Source: a virus (Duplodnaviria; Caudoviricetes). From it: DNA of 63,217 bases. The DNA lies in IMG/VR virus record IMGVR_UViG_3300021379_000848, positions 1-63,217 of that record; one strand, 5' to 3'. The notes under the pieces were generated by a model, which saw only the letters and a list, made by a program, of their open reading frames with translations, ran no database searches and was not told the DNA's origin. Below are positions 48,355 through 59,051 of this stretch, one piece after another. Made by a program: the position numbers and the translations under genes. Numbering within the stretch: position 1 is the first letter of the stretch; each line of letters begins with the position of its first letter.

Positions 48355-48960
48355 ATGAGAAGTACATTTAATTTTGTTATTAAACCAAAAGGTAATGCTA
48401 CGAATTCAACTATAGATATAGACGGTAAAAAATTAATTCTAAATACTGAAATGCAGAATCATCAGTATGTAAATAGGAATGCTATTGTTGTAGGAGTACC
48501 TATAGAAACACAAACTGATGTTGAGGAAGGAGATGAGGTGATTGTACACCACAATGTATTTAGAACATTTTATGATATAAGAGGAGATATTAAAAACTCG
48601 AGAAGTTATCTTAACGGAACAGAGTATTTAGCTCAACCGGATCAGGTATATTTATACAAGAGAAAAGATAAATGGAAAGCGGTTAGAGGATATTGCTTTG
48701 TACACCCTTTAAAAAACACCGATATGTTTAGTCTGGAAAAAGAAGAACCTTTGAAAGGTGTGATGGTTTATCCTGATAAATATCTTGAAGATAATAATAT
48801 AAAAGAAGGTAGTATAGTTGGTTTTAGACCAAGCAGTGAATACGAATTTATAATTGATGGCCAAAGACTATATAGAGTACCTACTAATTCAATTACAATT
48901 AAATATGACTATCAAGGAACGGAAGAAAAATATAATCCAAGCTGGATACAAAGCGGTTGA
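48355..48960 (+). CDS. Tandem GroES-like co-chaperonin
   Basis: Two repeats of (F/C)VxP...GxV...(V/I)xEG(D/S)xV; second ends EFIIDGQRLYRV. Confidence 0.65.
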   Translation: MRSTFNFVIKPKGNATNSTIDIDGKKLILNTEMQNHQYVNRNAIVVGVPIETQTDVEEGDEVIVHHNVFRTFYDIRGDIKNSRSYLNGTEYLAQPDQVYLYKRKDKWKAVRGYCFVHPLKNTDMFSLEKEEPLKGVMVYPDKYLEDNNIKEGSIVGFRPSSEYEFIIDGQRLYRVPTNSITIKYDYQGTEEKYNPSWIQSG

Positions 48961-49180
48961 AGAACTAATTAGAGTTGCTGAAGAAAAAATAATAACAGAC
49001 TCAGAGGATGATTTAACAGCAGATAAATTAAAAAATGCAGCTGCTACAAAAAAGTTGTCTATTTTCGATGCCTTTGAAATACTATCCAGGATACAAGAGG
49101 AGGAAGCGCTGCTAGAGGATAAAACTGTAGAAAAGAAAAAAAGTACTATATCTGGGTTTGCTGAAAGAAGAAGTAAGTAA
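48905..49180 (+). CDS. Putative terminase small subunit
   Basis: Helical protein directly upstream of TerL; ATG at 48905. Confidence 0.5.
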   Translation: MTIKERKKNIIQAGYKAVEELIRVAEEKIITDSEDDLTADKLKNAAATKKLSIFDAFEILSRIQEEEALLEDKTVEKKKSTISGFAERRSK

Positions 49181-51390
49181 TGTATAAGCAGACATTATAT
49201 AAAGTAATAGAACCTATCAAAAGAACCACTGTCAGCAGGATGAACAGAGGAAAAAAATGGAAGAAGGGTTATAATGAAGAGTTTGATATAGTTGTAATAA
49301 GTGATACGGGTCAAATAGGAGAGATATATGAGATCCAAAACTTAAAAATAGCTTTACCTTTAGCTCCAAAAAAAATAGATGATAGAGGTGATAAATGGGT
49401 TCCAGCTGAATATCCTAAAGAGTTAAAAAAGATTAGCACTATATTTCACTGGAATAAATATCCTGATAGTTTTAAAGAAACTTGGATCCCTTACATAGAA
49501 ACTGAGTTTGATAGGCGAGAACAGGGTTACTGGTTTGTAAACAACGGTAAACCTACATATATTACAGGCGCTCATTATATGTACCTACAGTGGTCTAAAA
49601 TTGATATTGGATTACCTGATTTCAGGGAATCGAATAGATTGTTTTTTATTTTTTGGGAAGCGTGCAAAGTTGATACCAGATGTTATGGCATGTGTTATCT
49701 TAAAAACCGTCGTTCTGGTTTTTCTTTTATGTCCTCTGCGGAAATGGTTAACCAAGCGACAATTACGTCGGATTCTAGATTTGGTATACTATCAAAAACT
49801 GGTTGGGATGCTAAAAAGATGTTTACAGACAAAGTTGTTCCAATATCAATAAATTATCCATTCTTTTTCAAACCTATACAAGACGGTATGGATAGACCTA
49901 AGACTGAATTAGCGTATAGGGTCCCAGCTTCTAAATTGACAAAAAAATCAATAAAAGAAACAGAGGATCAAGAAGAGTTAGAAGGATTAGATACATCAAT
50001 TGACTGGAAAAACACAGGTGATAACTCTTATGATGGTGAAAAACTAAGGTTATTAGCACACGATGAAAGTGGTAAATGGGAGAAGCCTGATAATATAAAA
50101 AATAACTGGAAGGTTACAAAAACTTGTTTACGGTTAGGTTCTAAAATCATAGGTAAATGTATGATGGGGTCTACGTCGAACGCTTTAGATAAAGGAGGAC
50201 AAAATTTTAAAGACATTTATTATGCGTCAGATGTCACTAAAAGGAACCGGAACGGCCAAACAAGCTCGGGATTATACTCTTTGTTCATTCCTATGGAGTG
50301 GAACTATGAAGGATTTATTGATGCTTATGGATACCCTGTATTTGATACTCCTAAAGAACCAGTGCTCGGAATTGATGGAGAGCTTATACGAATTGGGGTA
50401 TTAGAACATTGGCAAAACGAAGCAAACGGTTTAAAAGATGATTTAGATGCTTTAAATGAATTGTATAGACAATTTCCTAAATCGGAAGATCATGCTTTCC
50501 GTGATGAAACTAAAAATAGTTTATTTAATCTTGTAAAAATATACGAGCAGTTAGATTACAATCAAGGTCTTGTTAATTCAGGTATTGTGACTACAGGTAG
50601 TTTTAGTTGGGCTAATGGTGCTAGAGATACAAGAGTAGAATTTCATCCAAACCCTAGAGGTAGATTTAAGTTATCTTGGATACCCTCACCTGAAATGCAA
50701 AATGCTGTAATAATAAAAAACGGTAGGAAAAGCCCAGGTAACGAACATATAGGTGCTTTTGGGTGTGACTCATATGACATATCAGGTACAGTAGGCGGAA
50801 GGGGATCTAACGGAGCTCTAAGCGGTCTTACTAAGTTTCATATGGATAATGCACCAACTAATCAATTCTTTTTAGAATATATTGCAAGGCCTGAAACTGC
50901 TGAAATGTTTTTTGAAGATGTACTAATGGCTATTGTTTTTTACGGTATGCCTTTGTTAGCAGAAAACAATAAACCGCGGTTACTCTATTATATAAAACAG
51001 AGAGGTTATAGAGCTTTTTCTATGAATAGACCAGATAAACTTTGGAACAAGTTATCTTATACAGAAAAAGAAATAGGCGGAATACCTAACTCAGGAGAAC
51101 AAATAAAGCAAGATCATGCTGCAGCTATAGAGTCTTACATAAACAATAATGTAGGCGTATTAGAAGATGGTAATTTTGGTAATATGTATTTCGATAGAAC
51201 TTTACACGATTGGTTGCATTTTAGAATTGAAGACAGAACAAAATATGATGCAGCTATTAGTTCAGGATTAGCTATAATGGCTTGCAATAAGAATCTATAT
51301 AAACCAATAGGACAGAGAGTATCTAATACAATTAGAATGAATGTTGGTCGGTTTAAAAATACAGGTACTAAATCAATAATAAATAAATAA
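49180..51390 (+). CDS. terL: Terminase large subunit
   Basis: Walker A LKNRRSGFS, Walker B LLAHDESGKW, GSTS, nuclease GAFGCDSYD, AENN, KYDA. Confidence 0.93.
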   Translation: MYKQTLYKVIEPIKRTTVSRMNRGKKWKKGYNEEFDIVVISDTGQIGEIYEIQNLKIALPLAPKKIDDRGDKWVPAEYPKELKKISTIFHWNKYPDSFKETWIPYIETEFDRREQGYWFVNNGKPTYITGAHYMYLQWSKIDIGLPDFRESNRLFFIFWEACKVDTRCYGMCYLKNRRSGFSFMSSAEMVNQATITSDSRFGILSKTGWDAKKMFTDKVVPISINYPFFFKPIQDGMDRPKTELAYRVPASKLTKKSIKETEDQEELEGLDTSIDWKNTGDNSYDGEKLRLLAHDESGKWEKPDNIKNNWKVTKTCLRLGSKIIGKCMMGSTSNALDKGGQNFKDIYYASDVTKRNRNGQTSSGLYSLFIPMEWNYEGFIDAYGYPVFDTPKEPVLGIDGELIRIGVLEHWQNEANGLKDDLDALNELYRQFPKSEDHAFRDETKNSLFNLVKIYEQLDYNQGLVNSGIVTTGSFSWANGARDTRVEFHPNPRGRFKLSWIPSPEMQNAVIIKNGRKSPGNEHIGAFGCDSYDISGTVGGRGSNGALSGLTKFHMDNAPTNQFFLEYIARPETAEMFFEDVLMAIVFYGMPLLAENNKPRLLYYIKQRGYRAFSMNRPDKLWNKLSYTEKEIGGIPNSGEQIKQDHAAAIESYINNNVGVLEDGNFGNMYFDRTLHDWLHFRIEDRTKYDAAISSGLAIMACNKNLYKPIGQRVSNTIRMNVGRFKNTGTKSIINK

Positions 51391-51404
51391 TTTCAATAAA
51401 ACAT

Positions 51405-53810
51405 ATGGCTGAGTCAGTTATATCAAGTTATTTCCCTAGCCAAGCGGTTAGTGATGGAGAAAAAAATAGCCTAGATTATGGGCAGAGAGTAGGTAAAGCT
51501 ATTGTTCACGAATGGTTTAGTTCTATAGATGGAGCTTCACGGTACAAGAGTAATCAGAATACCTTTCACGAATTAAGATTATACGCTAGAGGAGAACAAT
51601 CAGTTAAAAAATATAAGGATGAATTTGCCGTAAATGGAGATTTGAGTTATACTAACTTAGATTGGAAGGTTGTACCTATTATTCCTAAGTTTGTTGATAT
51701 TGTAGTTAACGGTATATCAGAAAGAGTTTTTGACGTAAAAGTACAATCTCAAGATCCATATGGAGTTCAGAAACGAACGAAATATATGGAATCTATCATC
51801 AGAGATATGATGACTAAGGAGATTAATGATATGGTTGAAGAAAACTTTGGTTTCCAAATGTATGAAAACAACCCTGACACTTTACCTGGTTCTCAAGAAG
51901 AATTGGATTTACACATGCAGTTAAACTACAAGCAAGCTGTTGAAATAGCAGAAGAGCAAGCTTTAGCTGTTATGATGAAAAGCAATAAGTATGATCTGAT
52001 CTCTAAGAGGTGCGTTTATGATTTAACTACTTTAGGTATCGCAGCAGCTAAGGATAGGTATAGCAAAGCAGAAGGAGTTAAGGTTGAATATGTAGATCCA
52101 GCAAATACAGTATGGTCTTACACGGAGGACCCTTATTTTAGTGATATATATTATGTTGGTGAAGTAAAATCTATACCTCTAAATGAGCTTAGAAAACAAT
52201 TTCCTCATTTAACGGATAGCCAAGTAGAAAGCATTGTAAAATCAAAAGGAGAAGAAAGATTCCCTTACGGTGCTAATGCTAATACACATAATGAAACCGA
52301 TAATAACATTGTACAGGTTTTGTATTTTTGTTATAAAACATACAACAAAGAGGTATATAAAATAAAGAAAACAGCATCTGGAGCAGATAAAGCTATTAAA
52401 AAAGACGATAGGTTTAATCCTTCTCAGGATATGACAGATAGATTTATTAAGAACGAAAGAACTATCGAGGTGTTATACGAAGGAGCAATGGTAATTGATA
52501 CGAATATCATGCTAAAATGGGATCTAGCTAAAAACATGGTTAGGCCTAAAAGTGATGAAACTAAAGTTAACATGCCTTATCACATTGTAGCTCCTAGAAT
52601 GTATAAAGGTAGAATTGAGTCATTAGTAAGCCGTATAACTGGTTTTGCTGATATGATTCAATTAACTCATTTAAAACTACAACAAGTTATGTCTAGAATG
52701 GTGCCAGATGGTATCTATTTAGATGTAGATGGTTTAGCTGAAGTTGATTTAGGTAACGGAACTAATTATAACCCATCGGAAGCATTAAATATGTTTTTAC
52801 AAACAGGTTCTGTGTTAGGCCGATCAACGACAGGTGAGGGTGAATTTAATCACGGCAAAATACCTATTCAAGAGATTACATCAGGAGCAGGTGGTAATAA
52901 AGTTCAAACATTAATAGCTAATTACAATTATTACCTTCAAATGATTCGTGATGCTACGGGATTAAACGAAGCGAGAGACGGAAGTACACCTGACTCTAGA
53001 GCTTTAGTAGGTGTTCAAAAATTAGCGGCAGCAAATTCTAATACAGCTACTAGACATATTTTAGATGCAAATGTAGCTATAACAAGATTATTAGCCGAAA
53101 ACTTATCGTTAAGAATTTCAGATATATTAGAGTATTCTCCATCTAAGCAAACTTTTATTCAAAAAATAGGAGCGCATAACGTAGCTACTCTTGAAGAATT
53201 AAAATTCCTATATCTTCACGACTTTGCTATCTTTATTGAATTAGCTCCAGATGAAGAAGAAAAAGCTATTTTAGAGAACAATATTCAAACAGCACTATCA
53301 GCTGGTCTTATTGATTTAGATGATGCTATAGATATTCGCGATGTTAAGAACGTTAAATTAGCTAATCAGCTATTAAAAATTAAACGAAGAAAGAAATTAG
53401 AGCGCGACCAATTAATGCAACAGCAAAATATCCAAGCCCAAGCTCAAGCAAACGCACAACAACAACAAGTATCAGCTCAACTAGAGGTTCAAAAACAACA
53501 AGCACTGACTGCTTCTCAAGCTCAAATAGAAGAATTAAAAGCGCAACTAGAGATACAGAAGTTAGAATCTGAAAAAGCAGCTAAAGAATACCTGATGCGC
53601 TTAGAATTTGAAATGAATATGCAGCTAAAAGGGTTAGAAGTTGAAGCTGCTAAAAACAAAGACACTTATAAAGAAGATCGTAAAGACGATAGAGTAAAAC
53701 TTCAGGCTGAAGAACAAAGAAAAACAAAAAGCGGACAACAAAGTTTTGAATCTTCGGGTAATGATGTAATGACCGGAGGATTTGATTTAGGTTCTTTTGA
53801 ACCCAAGTAA
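51405..53810 (+). CDS. Portal protein
   Basis: 801 aa after TerL; IIPKFVDIVV, TGLNEARDG, Gln-rich barrel helix. Confidence 0.85.
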   Translation: MAESVISSYFPSQAVSDGEKNSLDYGQRVGKAIVHEWFSSIDGASRYKSNQNTFHELRLYARGEQSVKKYKDEFAVNGDLSYTNLDWKVVPIIPKFVDIVVNGISERVFDVKVQSQDPYGVQKRTKYMESIIRDMMTKEINDMVEENFGFQMYENNPDTLPGSQEELDLHMQLNYKQAVEIAEEQALAVMMKSNKYDLISKRCVYDLTTLGIAAAKDRYSKAEGVKVEYVDPANTVWSYTEDPYFSDIYYVGEVKSIPLNELRKQFPHLTDSQVESIVKSKGEERFPYGANANTHNETDNNIVQVLYFCYKTYNKEVYKIKKTASGADKAIKKDDRFNPSQDMTDRFIKNERTIEVLYEGAMVIDTNIMLKWDLAKNMVRPKSDETKVNMPYHIVAPRMYKGRIESLVSRITGFADMIQLTHLKLQQVMSRMVPDGIYLDVDGLAEVDLGNGTNYNPSEALNMFLQTGSVLGRSTTGEGEFNHGKIPIQEITSGAGGNKVQTLIANYNYYLQMIRDATGLNEARDGSTPDSRALVGVQKLAAANSNTATRHILDANVAITRLLAENLSLRISDILEYSPSKQTFIQKIGAHNVATLEELKFLYLHDFAIFIELAPDEEEKAILENNIQTALSAGLIDLDDAIDIRDVKNVKLANQLLKIKRRKKLERDQLMQQQNIQAQAQANAQQQQVSAQLEVQKQQALTASQAQIEELKAQLEIQKLESEKAAKEYLMRLEFEMNMQLKGLEVEAAKNKDTYKEDRKDDRVKLQAEEQRKTKSGQQSFESSGNDVMTGGFDLGSFEPK

Positions 53811-53864
53811 TAATAAATAAAGTAGTTACACCGCAAAAACTACACAATCATATAATATTTTATC

Positions 53865-54971
53865 ATGGAAAAAAACGTAGAAAACAATTCAGTTGAAAAT
53901 ACTGATACAGTAAACGAAACAAAAAACGGGTTTCAAGAAAACGGTAACTATCGTTTAGACTTAACTTCAATTAATACAGAAAAATCTGTAGAAACAGCTG
54001 AAGAAACAGTTACAGAAGAACCTACTAGTGAAGTTACAGAAGAAGCTACAGAAACTGAAGCAACAGTTGAACAACCTGAAGGAGAAGAATTTGTAGCTCT
54101 AACGGAAATTACCGACGAACCGGAAACCGAAACACAAGAAATAGAAGACGAACCAGAAGTAGTTAGTGGAACAGAAACAACTACAGAAGAAGTTACTAGC
54201 GAAATGCCTGAAGAGTTACAAAAGCTATGGAGCTTCATGCAAGAGACCGGGGGTAATTTTGAAGATTACGTAAAACTAAATCAAGATTACGATAAGTTGA
54301 ATGAAACTCAATTACTCAGGGAATATTATGAGTCAACTAGATCTTATTTAGATAAAGAAGATATTGATCTATTATTAGAAGATTTTTCATATGACGAAGA
54401 ATTAGACGATGATAGAGATATTAGAAAAAAGAAAATCGCTTATAAAGAAGAGTTAAAGAAAGCTAAAGACTATTTAGGTGATTTAAAAGAAAAATATTAT
54501 ACAGAACTAAAGCAAGGATCAAGGTTAACACCTGAAGCAAAAGAAGCTTTAGTTTATAAACAAGAAAGAGAGGAGGCGCAAAGAATAGCTGAAGCTCAAC
54601 TAAAAGTTTTTTTAAACCGAACAGAAAAAGTATTCTCTAAAGATTTCAAAGGTTTTGATTTCAGTGTTGGAGAAAAAAAATACAGGTTTAATGTAAACAA
54701 CGTTGACGATGTGAAATCTGCTCAAAGCAATTTAAATAACTTTATCGGGAGGTTCCTGGATGACAAAGGTGAAATTGCTGACGCAGGCGGTTATCATAAA
54801 GCTTTATTCACAGCTATGAACGCTGACAGAATTGCGCAACACTTTTACAATCAAGGTAGAGCTGATCAGGTTAAAGAATCTGGATCTAGCAGAAAAAACA
54901 TTGATATGGACCCTAATGAAGTTCATACTGATAAACCTCAAATAAAAGGTGTAACGTTTAAAGTTCTTTAA
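53865..54971 (+). CDS. Putative capsid scaffolding protein
   Basis: Very acidic N-terminus, coiled coil, between portal and capsid. Confidence 0.65.
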   Translation: MEKNVENNSVENTDTVNETKNGFQENGNYRLDLTSINTEKSVETAEETVTEEPTSEVTEEATETEATVEQPEGEEFVALTEITDEPETETQEIEDEPEVVSGTETTTEEVTSEMPEELQKLWSFMQETGGNFEDYVKLNQDYDKLNETQLLREYYESTRSYLDKEDIDLLLEDFSYDEELDDDRDIRKKKIAYKEELKKAKDYLGDLKEKYYTELKQGSRLTPEAKEALVYKQEREEAQRIAEAQLKVFLNRTEKVFSKDFKGFDFSVGEKKYRFNVNNVDDVKSAQSNLNNFIGRFLDDKGEIADAGGYHKALFTAMNADRIAQHFYNQGRADQVKESGSSRKNIDMDPNEVHTDKPQIKGVTFKVL

Positions 54972-55038
54972 GCAAAGTATTGTTCCTCACAATTAAAAAT
55001 AGAAACTAAAAAAACAAAAACTTAAAAATTAAACTAAA

Positions 55039-56451
55039 ATGGCAGGAACATTTTCAGGTAGTGCTAGTGCATTACAACATTTAACTCCACGTCCAATCCA
55101 AGGGTTGTTTGCAGATAACTATTTATCTATTGACGGTGGTGACTTTGACTTCACAAAACAATTTTTACCTGAAGTCTATGAGAAAGAAATCGAAAGATTT
55201 GGAAACAGAACAGTAGCTGGATTCTTAACTAAGGTTGGAGCTGAAGAAGCTTTAGAATCTGATGAAATCGTATGGTCAGAGCAAGGAAGATTACACATTG
55301 GTTATGATGATGTAGCTGTAAAAGCTGCTACTACTGATGTATTAGAATTCCCTGCAGGTCATGTTATCGGTCTTAATATGACTTTAGTTATCGCTACATC
55401 TAACGGTTTAACTGTAGATAAAGCATTAGTAACAGCTGTATCAGGACAAGAAGTAACAGTAAAATGTTATGGATCTCAAGCAGATTTGAATTCAACAATC
55501 GTTACTGAAGGACAAGCAGGAAGTACTTTAAAAGTATTTGTTTACGGGTCTGAGTATGGTAAAAAGTCTGCTGACGGTGGTAATTCAATCGATGCTCCAT
55601 TCACAACTTTTACTAACAAGCCAATCATTATGAGAGAGGAGTATGAGATCGGTGGATCTGATATGACTCAAATTGGATGGGTAGAAGCTACAACTGAAAA
55701 CGGAGGTACTGGTTACTTATGGTACTTAAAGTCTAGCGCAGAGCAAAGATTACGTTTCTTAGATTATTGTGAAATGGCTTTAATCGAAGGTAAGACTGCT
55801 GATGTGCCAATCACTGATGCACAAGGTAAAACTGTTACAGGTACAGAAGGTTTCTTCGAAGCTATTGAAGATAGAGGTTTAGTATTCGCTAATTCTGACT
55901 TTGATACTAACGGAGTTTCCGACTTTGACTTAATCTTACAAGAATTAGATAAGCAAGGTGCTATTGAAGAAAACTTAATGTTCTTAAATAGAGGTAAGGA
56001 AATTGAGATCGACAATATGTTAGCTGCTCAAAATTCTTACGGAACAGGTGGTACTTCTTACGGTGCTTTCCAAAATTCAGCTGATATGGCTTTGAACTTA
56101 GGATTTAGCGATTTCCGTAGAGGTTCTTACGATTTCTATAAAACTTCTTGGAAATATTTGAACGATGGTTCTACTCGTGGAATGATCGGAGATATCGAAG
56201 GAGCTTTAGTTCCAGCTGGTGTATCTAGCGTATATGACAAGAGCTTAGGTAGAAATATCAAGCGTCCATTCTTACACGTACGTTATAGAGCTAACCAAGT
56301 TGAGAACAGAAAAATGAAGTCTTGGGTTATCGGATCTGCTGGTGGAGCAAACAACTCTGCTGCTGATGAGATGGCGATTAAATATCTAACTGAAAGATGT
56401 TTAGTTACTCAAGCTGCTAACAACTTCGTTCTTTTCAAGAAAACTGCATAA
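55039..56451 (+). CDS. Major capsid protein
   Basis: 470 aa after scaffold; WSEQGRLH; biased codon use; followed by a strong terminator. Confidence 0.85.
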   Translation: MAGTFSGSASALQHLTPRPIQGLFADNYLSIDGGDFDFTKQFLPEVYEKEIERFGNRTVAGFLTKVGAEEALESDEIVWSEQGRLHIGYDDVAVKAATTDVLEFPAGHVIGLNMTLVIATSNGLTVDKALVTAVSGQEVTVKCYGSQADLNSTIVTEGQAGSTLKVFVYGSEYGKKSADGGNSIDAPFTTFTNKPIIMREEYEIGGSDMTQIGWVEATTENGGTGYLWYLKSSAEQRLRFLDYCEMALIEGKTADVPITDAQGKTVTGTEGFFEAIEDRGLVFANSDFDTNGVSDFDLILQELDKQGAIEENLMFLNRGKEIEIDNMLAAQNSYGTGGTSYGAFQNSADMALNLGFSDFRRGSYDFYKTSWKYLNDGSTRGMIGDIEGALVPAGVSSVYDKSLGRNIKRPFLHVRYRANQVENRKMKSWVIGSAGGANNSAADEMAIKYLTERCLVTQAANNFVLFKKTA

Positions 56452-56461
56452 TTAGCATAAT

Positions 56462-56499
56462 GACATACCGGTGGTTCATGCTACTGGTATGTCTTTTTT
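56462..56499 (+). terminator. Intrinsic terminator after the capsid gene
   Basis: GACATACCGGTGG/CTACTGGTATGTC stem then T tract. Confidence 0.85.
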
Positions 56500-56506
56500 A
56501 TTTTAT

Positions 56507-56551
56507 GCGACAATAGGGCACTACTATTATTATATAACGACCTTATGTCGC
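56507..56551 (+). repeat. GCGACA...TGTCGC element copy 4
   Basis: GCGACAatagggcactactattattatataacgaccttaTGTCGC. Confidence 0.85.
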
Positions 56552-56582
56552 GCTTTTAAAAACTATTTAATATTATTATATC

Positions 56583-57398
56583 ATGGCAACACAAAAAAGA
56601 AAGCCTGTGGCTAAAAAAGAAGAAGCGACAGCAACAACAAGAAAATCAGAACCTAAAGATACTTTTGAATTCAAGGATAGATTATATGTATTAAAAGGAG
56701 ATAAAAAACCTTTAGTGTATATCATCCCTTCTAAACATTCTGGCAAGAAACCATTACAATATTTTGATGAGTCTACTAGAACACTAAAAGAAATTAGGTA
56801 CGCTACAAATATGAATTCTCCATTTGCAGATGAGCAACAAGGAGATGCTACTTTAGGTAGAATTATTTTCAGAGATGGAGCATTGAACGTTCCTAGAACA
56901 AACCAAGCTTTACAAAAATTATTATCATTATATCATCCGTTAAAAGATGTTATCTACGAGGAATACGATCCAGTACAGGAATCTGTAGATGAAATGGAAG
57001 TAATTAATCTAGAAATAGATGCATTGATGATGGCTAGAGATATTTCAATTGACTTAGCGGAAGCTATTATGAGAGTTGAAATTGGAAGTCAAGTTGATAA
57101 AATGACAAGCTCTGAATTAAAAAGAGATTTAATGATATTTGCAAAAAGACAACCAGGATTGTTTTTAGAATTAGCAAATGATGAAAATGTTGAGTTGAGA
57201 AACATTGGTGTAAAAGCTAATAGCATGGGACTTATTAAATTATCTCCAGATCAACGAACATTTACATACGGAGACTCAAATAGGAAATTGATGACCGTTC
57301 CGTTTGATGAACATCCATATTCAGCATTAGCAGCATGGTTTAAAACCGATGAAGGTATGGAGGTTTACAAAACATTAGTAAAGAAATTAAAAATGTAA
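56583..57398 (+). CDS. Conserved structural-module protein
   Basis: 271-aa ORF after the capsid gene. Confidence 0.75.
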   Translation: MATQKRKPVAKKEEATATTRKSEPKDTFEFKDRLYVLKGDKKPLVYIIPSKHSGKKPLQYFDESTRTLKEIRYATNMNSPFADEQQGDATLGRIIFRDGALNVPRTNQALQKLLSLYHPLKDVIYEEYDPVQESVDEMEVINLEIDALMMARDISIDLAEAIMRVEIGSQVDKMTSSELKRDLMIFAKRQPGLFLELANDENVELRNIGVKANSMGLIKLSPDQRTFTYGDSNRKLMTVPFDEHPYSALAAWFKTDEGMEVYKTLVKKLKM

Positions 57399-57407
57399 AA
57401 ACTAAAT

Positions 57408-57442
57408 AAATAGGCTGCGAAAAATACGTAGCCTATTTTATT
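57408..57442 (+). terminator. Intrinsic terminator
   Basis: AAATAGGCTGCG-loop-CGTAGCCTATTT. Confidence 0.7.
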
Positions 57443-57458
57443 AATGTAAATAAAAAAA

Positions 57459-58145
57459 ATGTCAATAAACATCGATAAAATATACCAAAGAGTATTAAGT
57501 ATTGCTAGAAAAGAACAAAGAGGGTATATCACACCTCAAGAGTTTAACTTATTTGCGAATCAAGTACAGTTAGATATATTTGAACAATACTTTTATGATA
57601 TTAATCAATTTAATAGATTAAAAGGTAATGATACAGAATATTCAGATATGCTAACTAATTTAGAAGAAAAAATTAGTTTGTTTGAAAAAAATGCATCTTT
57701 AGTGTATGATACCGATCATTTCAATTTACCAGCAGATTTATATAGATTAGGAACAGTATTATATAATTCAACAGAAGTAGAGAGAGTTAGTCAAAAAGAT
57801 TTTATTGACATTATGAAATCAAAATTAACACAACCTACAAATACTTTTCCTATTTATACTAAAAATGAAGATGGTATAAAAGTTCAAGGGGAAGCTGAGT
57901 TAATAACTAATATTTCTTGTAATTATATTAAAAAGCCATCAAATGTTATTTGGGGTTACAGGACGGTATCGGATAATCCATTATATGATCCAACAACTTC
58001 TACAGATTTTGAGTTACATTCATCAGATGAGGTTGATGTAGTATTAGGTATACTTGAATTAGCTGGTGTATCTATAAAACAAGGGGATATTGCTCAATAC
58101 GCAGACATTGAAGAAAAAGAAAAATTACAATTAGAAAAACTATAA
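57459..58145 (+). CDS. Tail ring/adaptor protein
   Basis: GYITPQEFN...LPADLYRL...YIKKP pattern of head-tail adaptor/ring proteins. Confidence 0.65.
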   Translation: MSINIDKIYQRVLSIARKEQRGYITPQEFNLFANQVQLDIFEQYFYDINQFNRLKGNDTEYSDMLTNLEEKISLFEKNASLVYDTDHFNLPADLYRLGTVLYNSTEVERVSQKDFIDIMKSKLTQPTNTFPIYTKNEDGIKVQGEAELITNISCNYIKKPSNVIWGYRTVSDNPLYDPTTSTDFELHSSDEVDVVLGILELAGVSIKQGDIAQYADIEEKEKLQLEKL

Positions 58146-58148
58146 TAG

Positions 58149-59048
58149 ATGGGATTATTAAACGAAACAAGCGAACAATATTATTTAGGTGCAGATAGTT
58201 TATGGAACTCTCTAGATGAAAATTATGGAAATTATCAGTTTTTATCGTTAAATGATATTGTAAATAACTTTATGTTTGCTTTTGTGGGAAGCAACAAAAT
58301 TATTTCTAAAGCTAGTCGATCTGAAATATTATTTCACGCTAAGCGAGGATTACAAGAATTAAACTATGATGTTTTACCTTCGTATAAAGGTATTGAAATA
58401 GAAATTTCTAGTAACTTATATATGATATTACCTCAGGATTATGTTAATTATATTAAGTTATCTTGGATTGGTAATGATGGTCATGAAAGGGTTTTACAGC
58501 CTAATTCTAAAGTATCTAATCCACCCGCTATATTACAAGATTCTAACTATGAATATTTATTTGACGATCAAGGCGAATTATTAGAGGCTAATGATTCTGA
58601 GCAAATAAAAAAATTTAAAAAAATAACCGAAAGTGGAGATTTAAATACTGATTTACCTGACTTTATTAGGGACTCATACGGTGGTAGACGTTATGGATTG
58701 GATCCTGTAATGCAGCAAAGTAATGGTACTTTCTTTATTGATAATACTAAAGGTATTATTCATTTTAGTTCAAATCTTATAAATAAGATTGTTAAATTAA
58801 GCTATATAAGTGATGGGTTAGCTAAAGATGAAGATACACAAATTCATAAATTAGCGGAGGATGCTATTTATAAATATATTCAATATGCTATTATTAAAAA
58901 CATGCCATCCTCTCAAGAATATTTAGTTCGTAGATTTCGAAAAGATTTTACTTCAGCTAAAAGAACTGCAAAAATAAGACTTTCTAATATTAAGATAGAA
59001 GAACTTACACAATTACTTAGAGGTAAGTCTAAACATATTAAACACTAA
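58149..59048 (+). CDS. Tail ring/tubular protein
   Basis: LPQDYVNYIKL...LSYISDG. Confidence 0.65.
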   Translation: MGLLNETSEQYYLGADSLWNSLDENYGNYQFLSLNDIVNNFMFAFVGSNKIISKASRSEILFHAKRGLQELNYDVLPSYKGIEIEISSNLYMILPQDYVNYIKLSWIGNDGHERVLQPNSKVSNPPAILQDSNYEYLFDDQGELLEANDSEQIKKFKKITESGDLNTDLPDFIRDSYGGRRYGLDPVMQQSNGTFFIDNTKGIIHFSSNLINKIVKLSYISDGLAKDEDTQIHKLAEDAIYKYIQYAIIKNMPSSQEYLVRRFRKDFTSAKRTAKIRLSNIKIEELTQLLRGKSKHIKH

Positions 59049-59051
59049 AAT

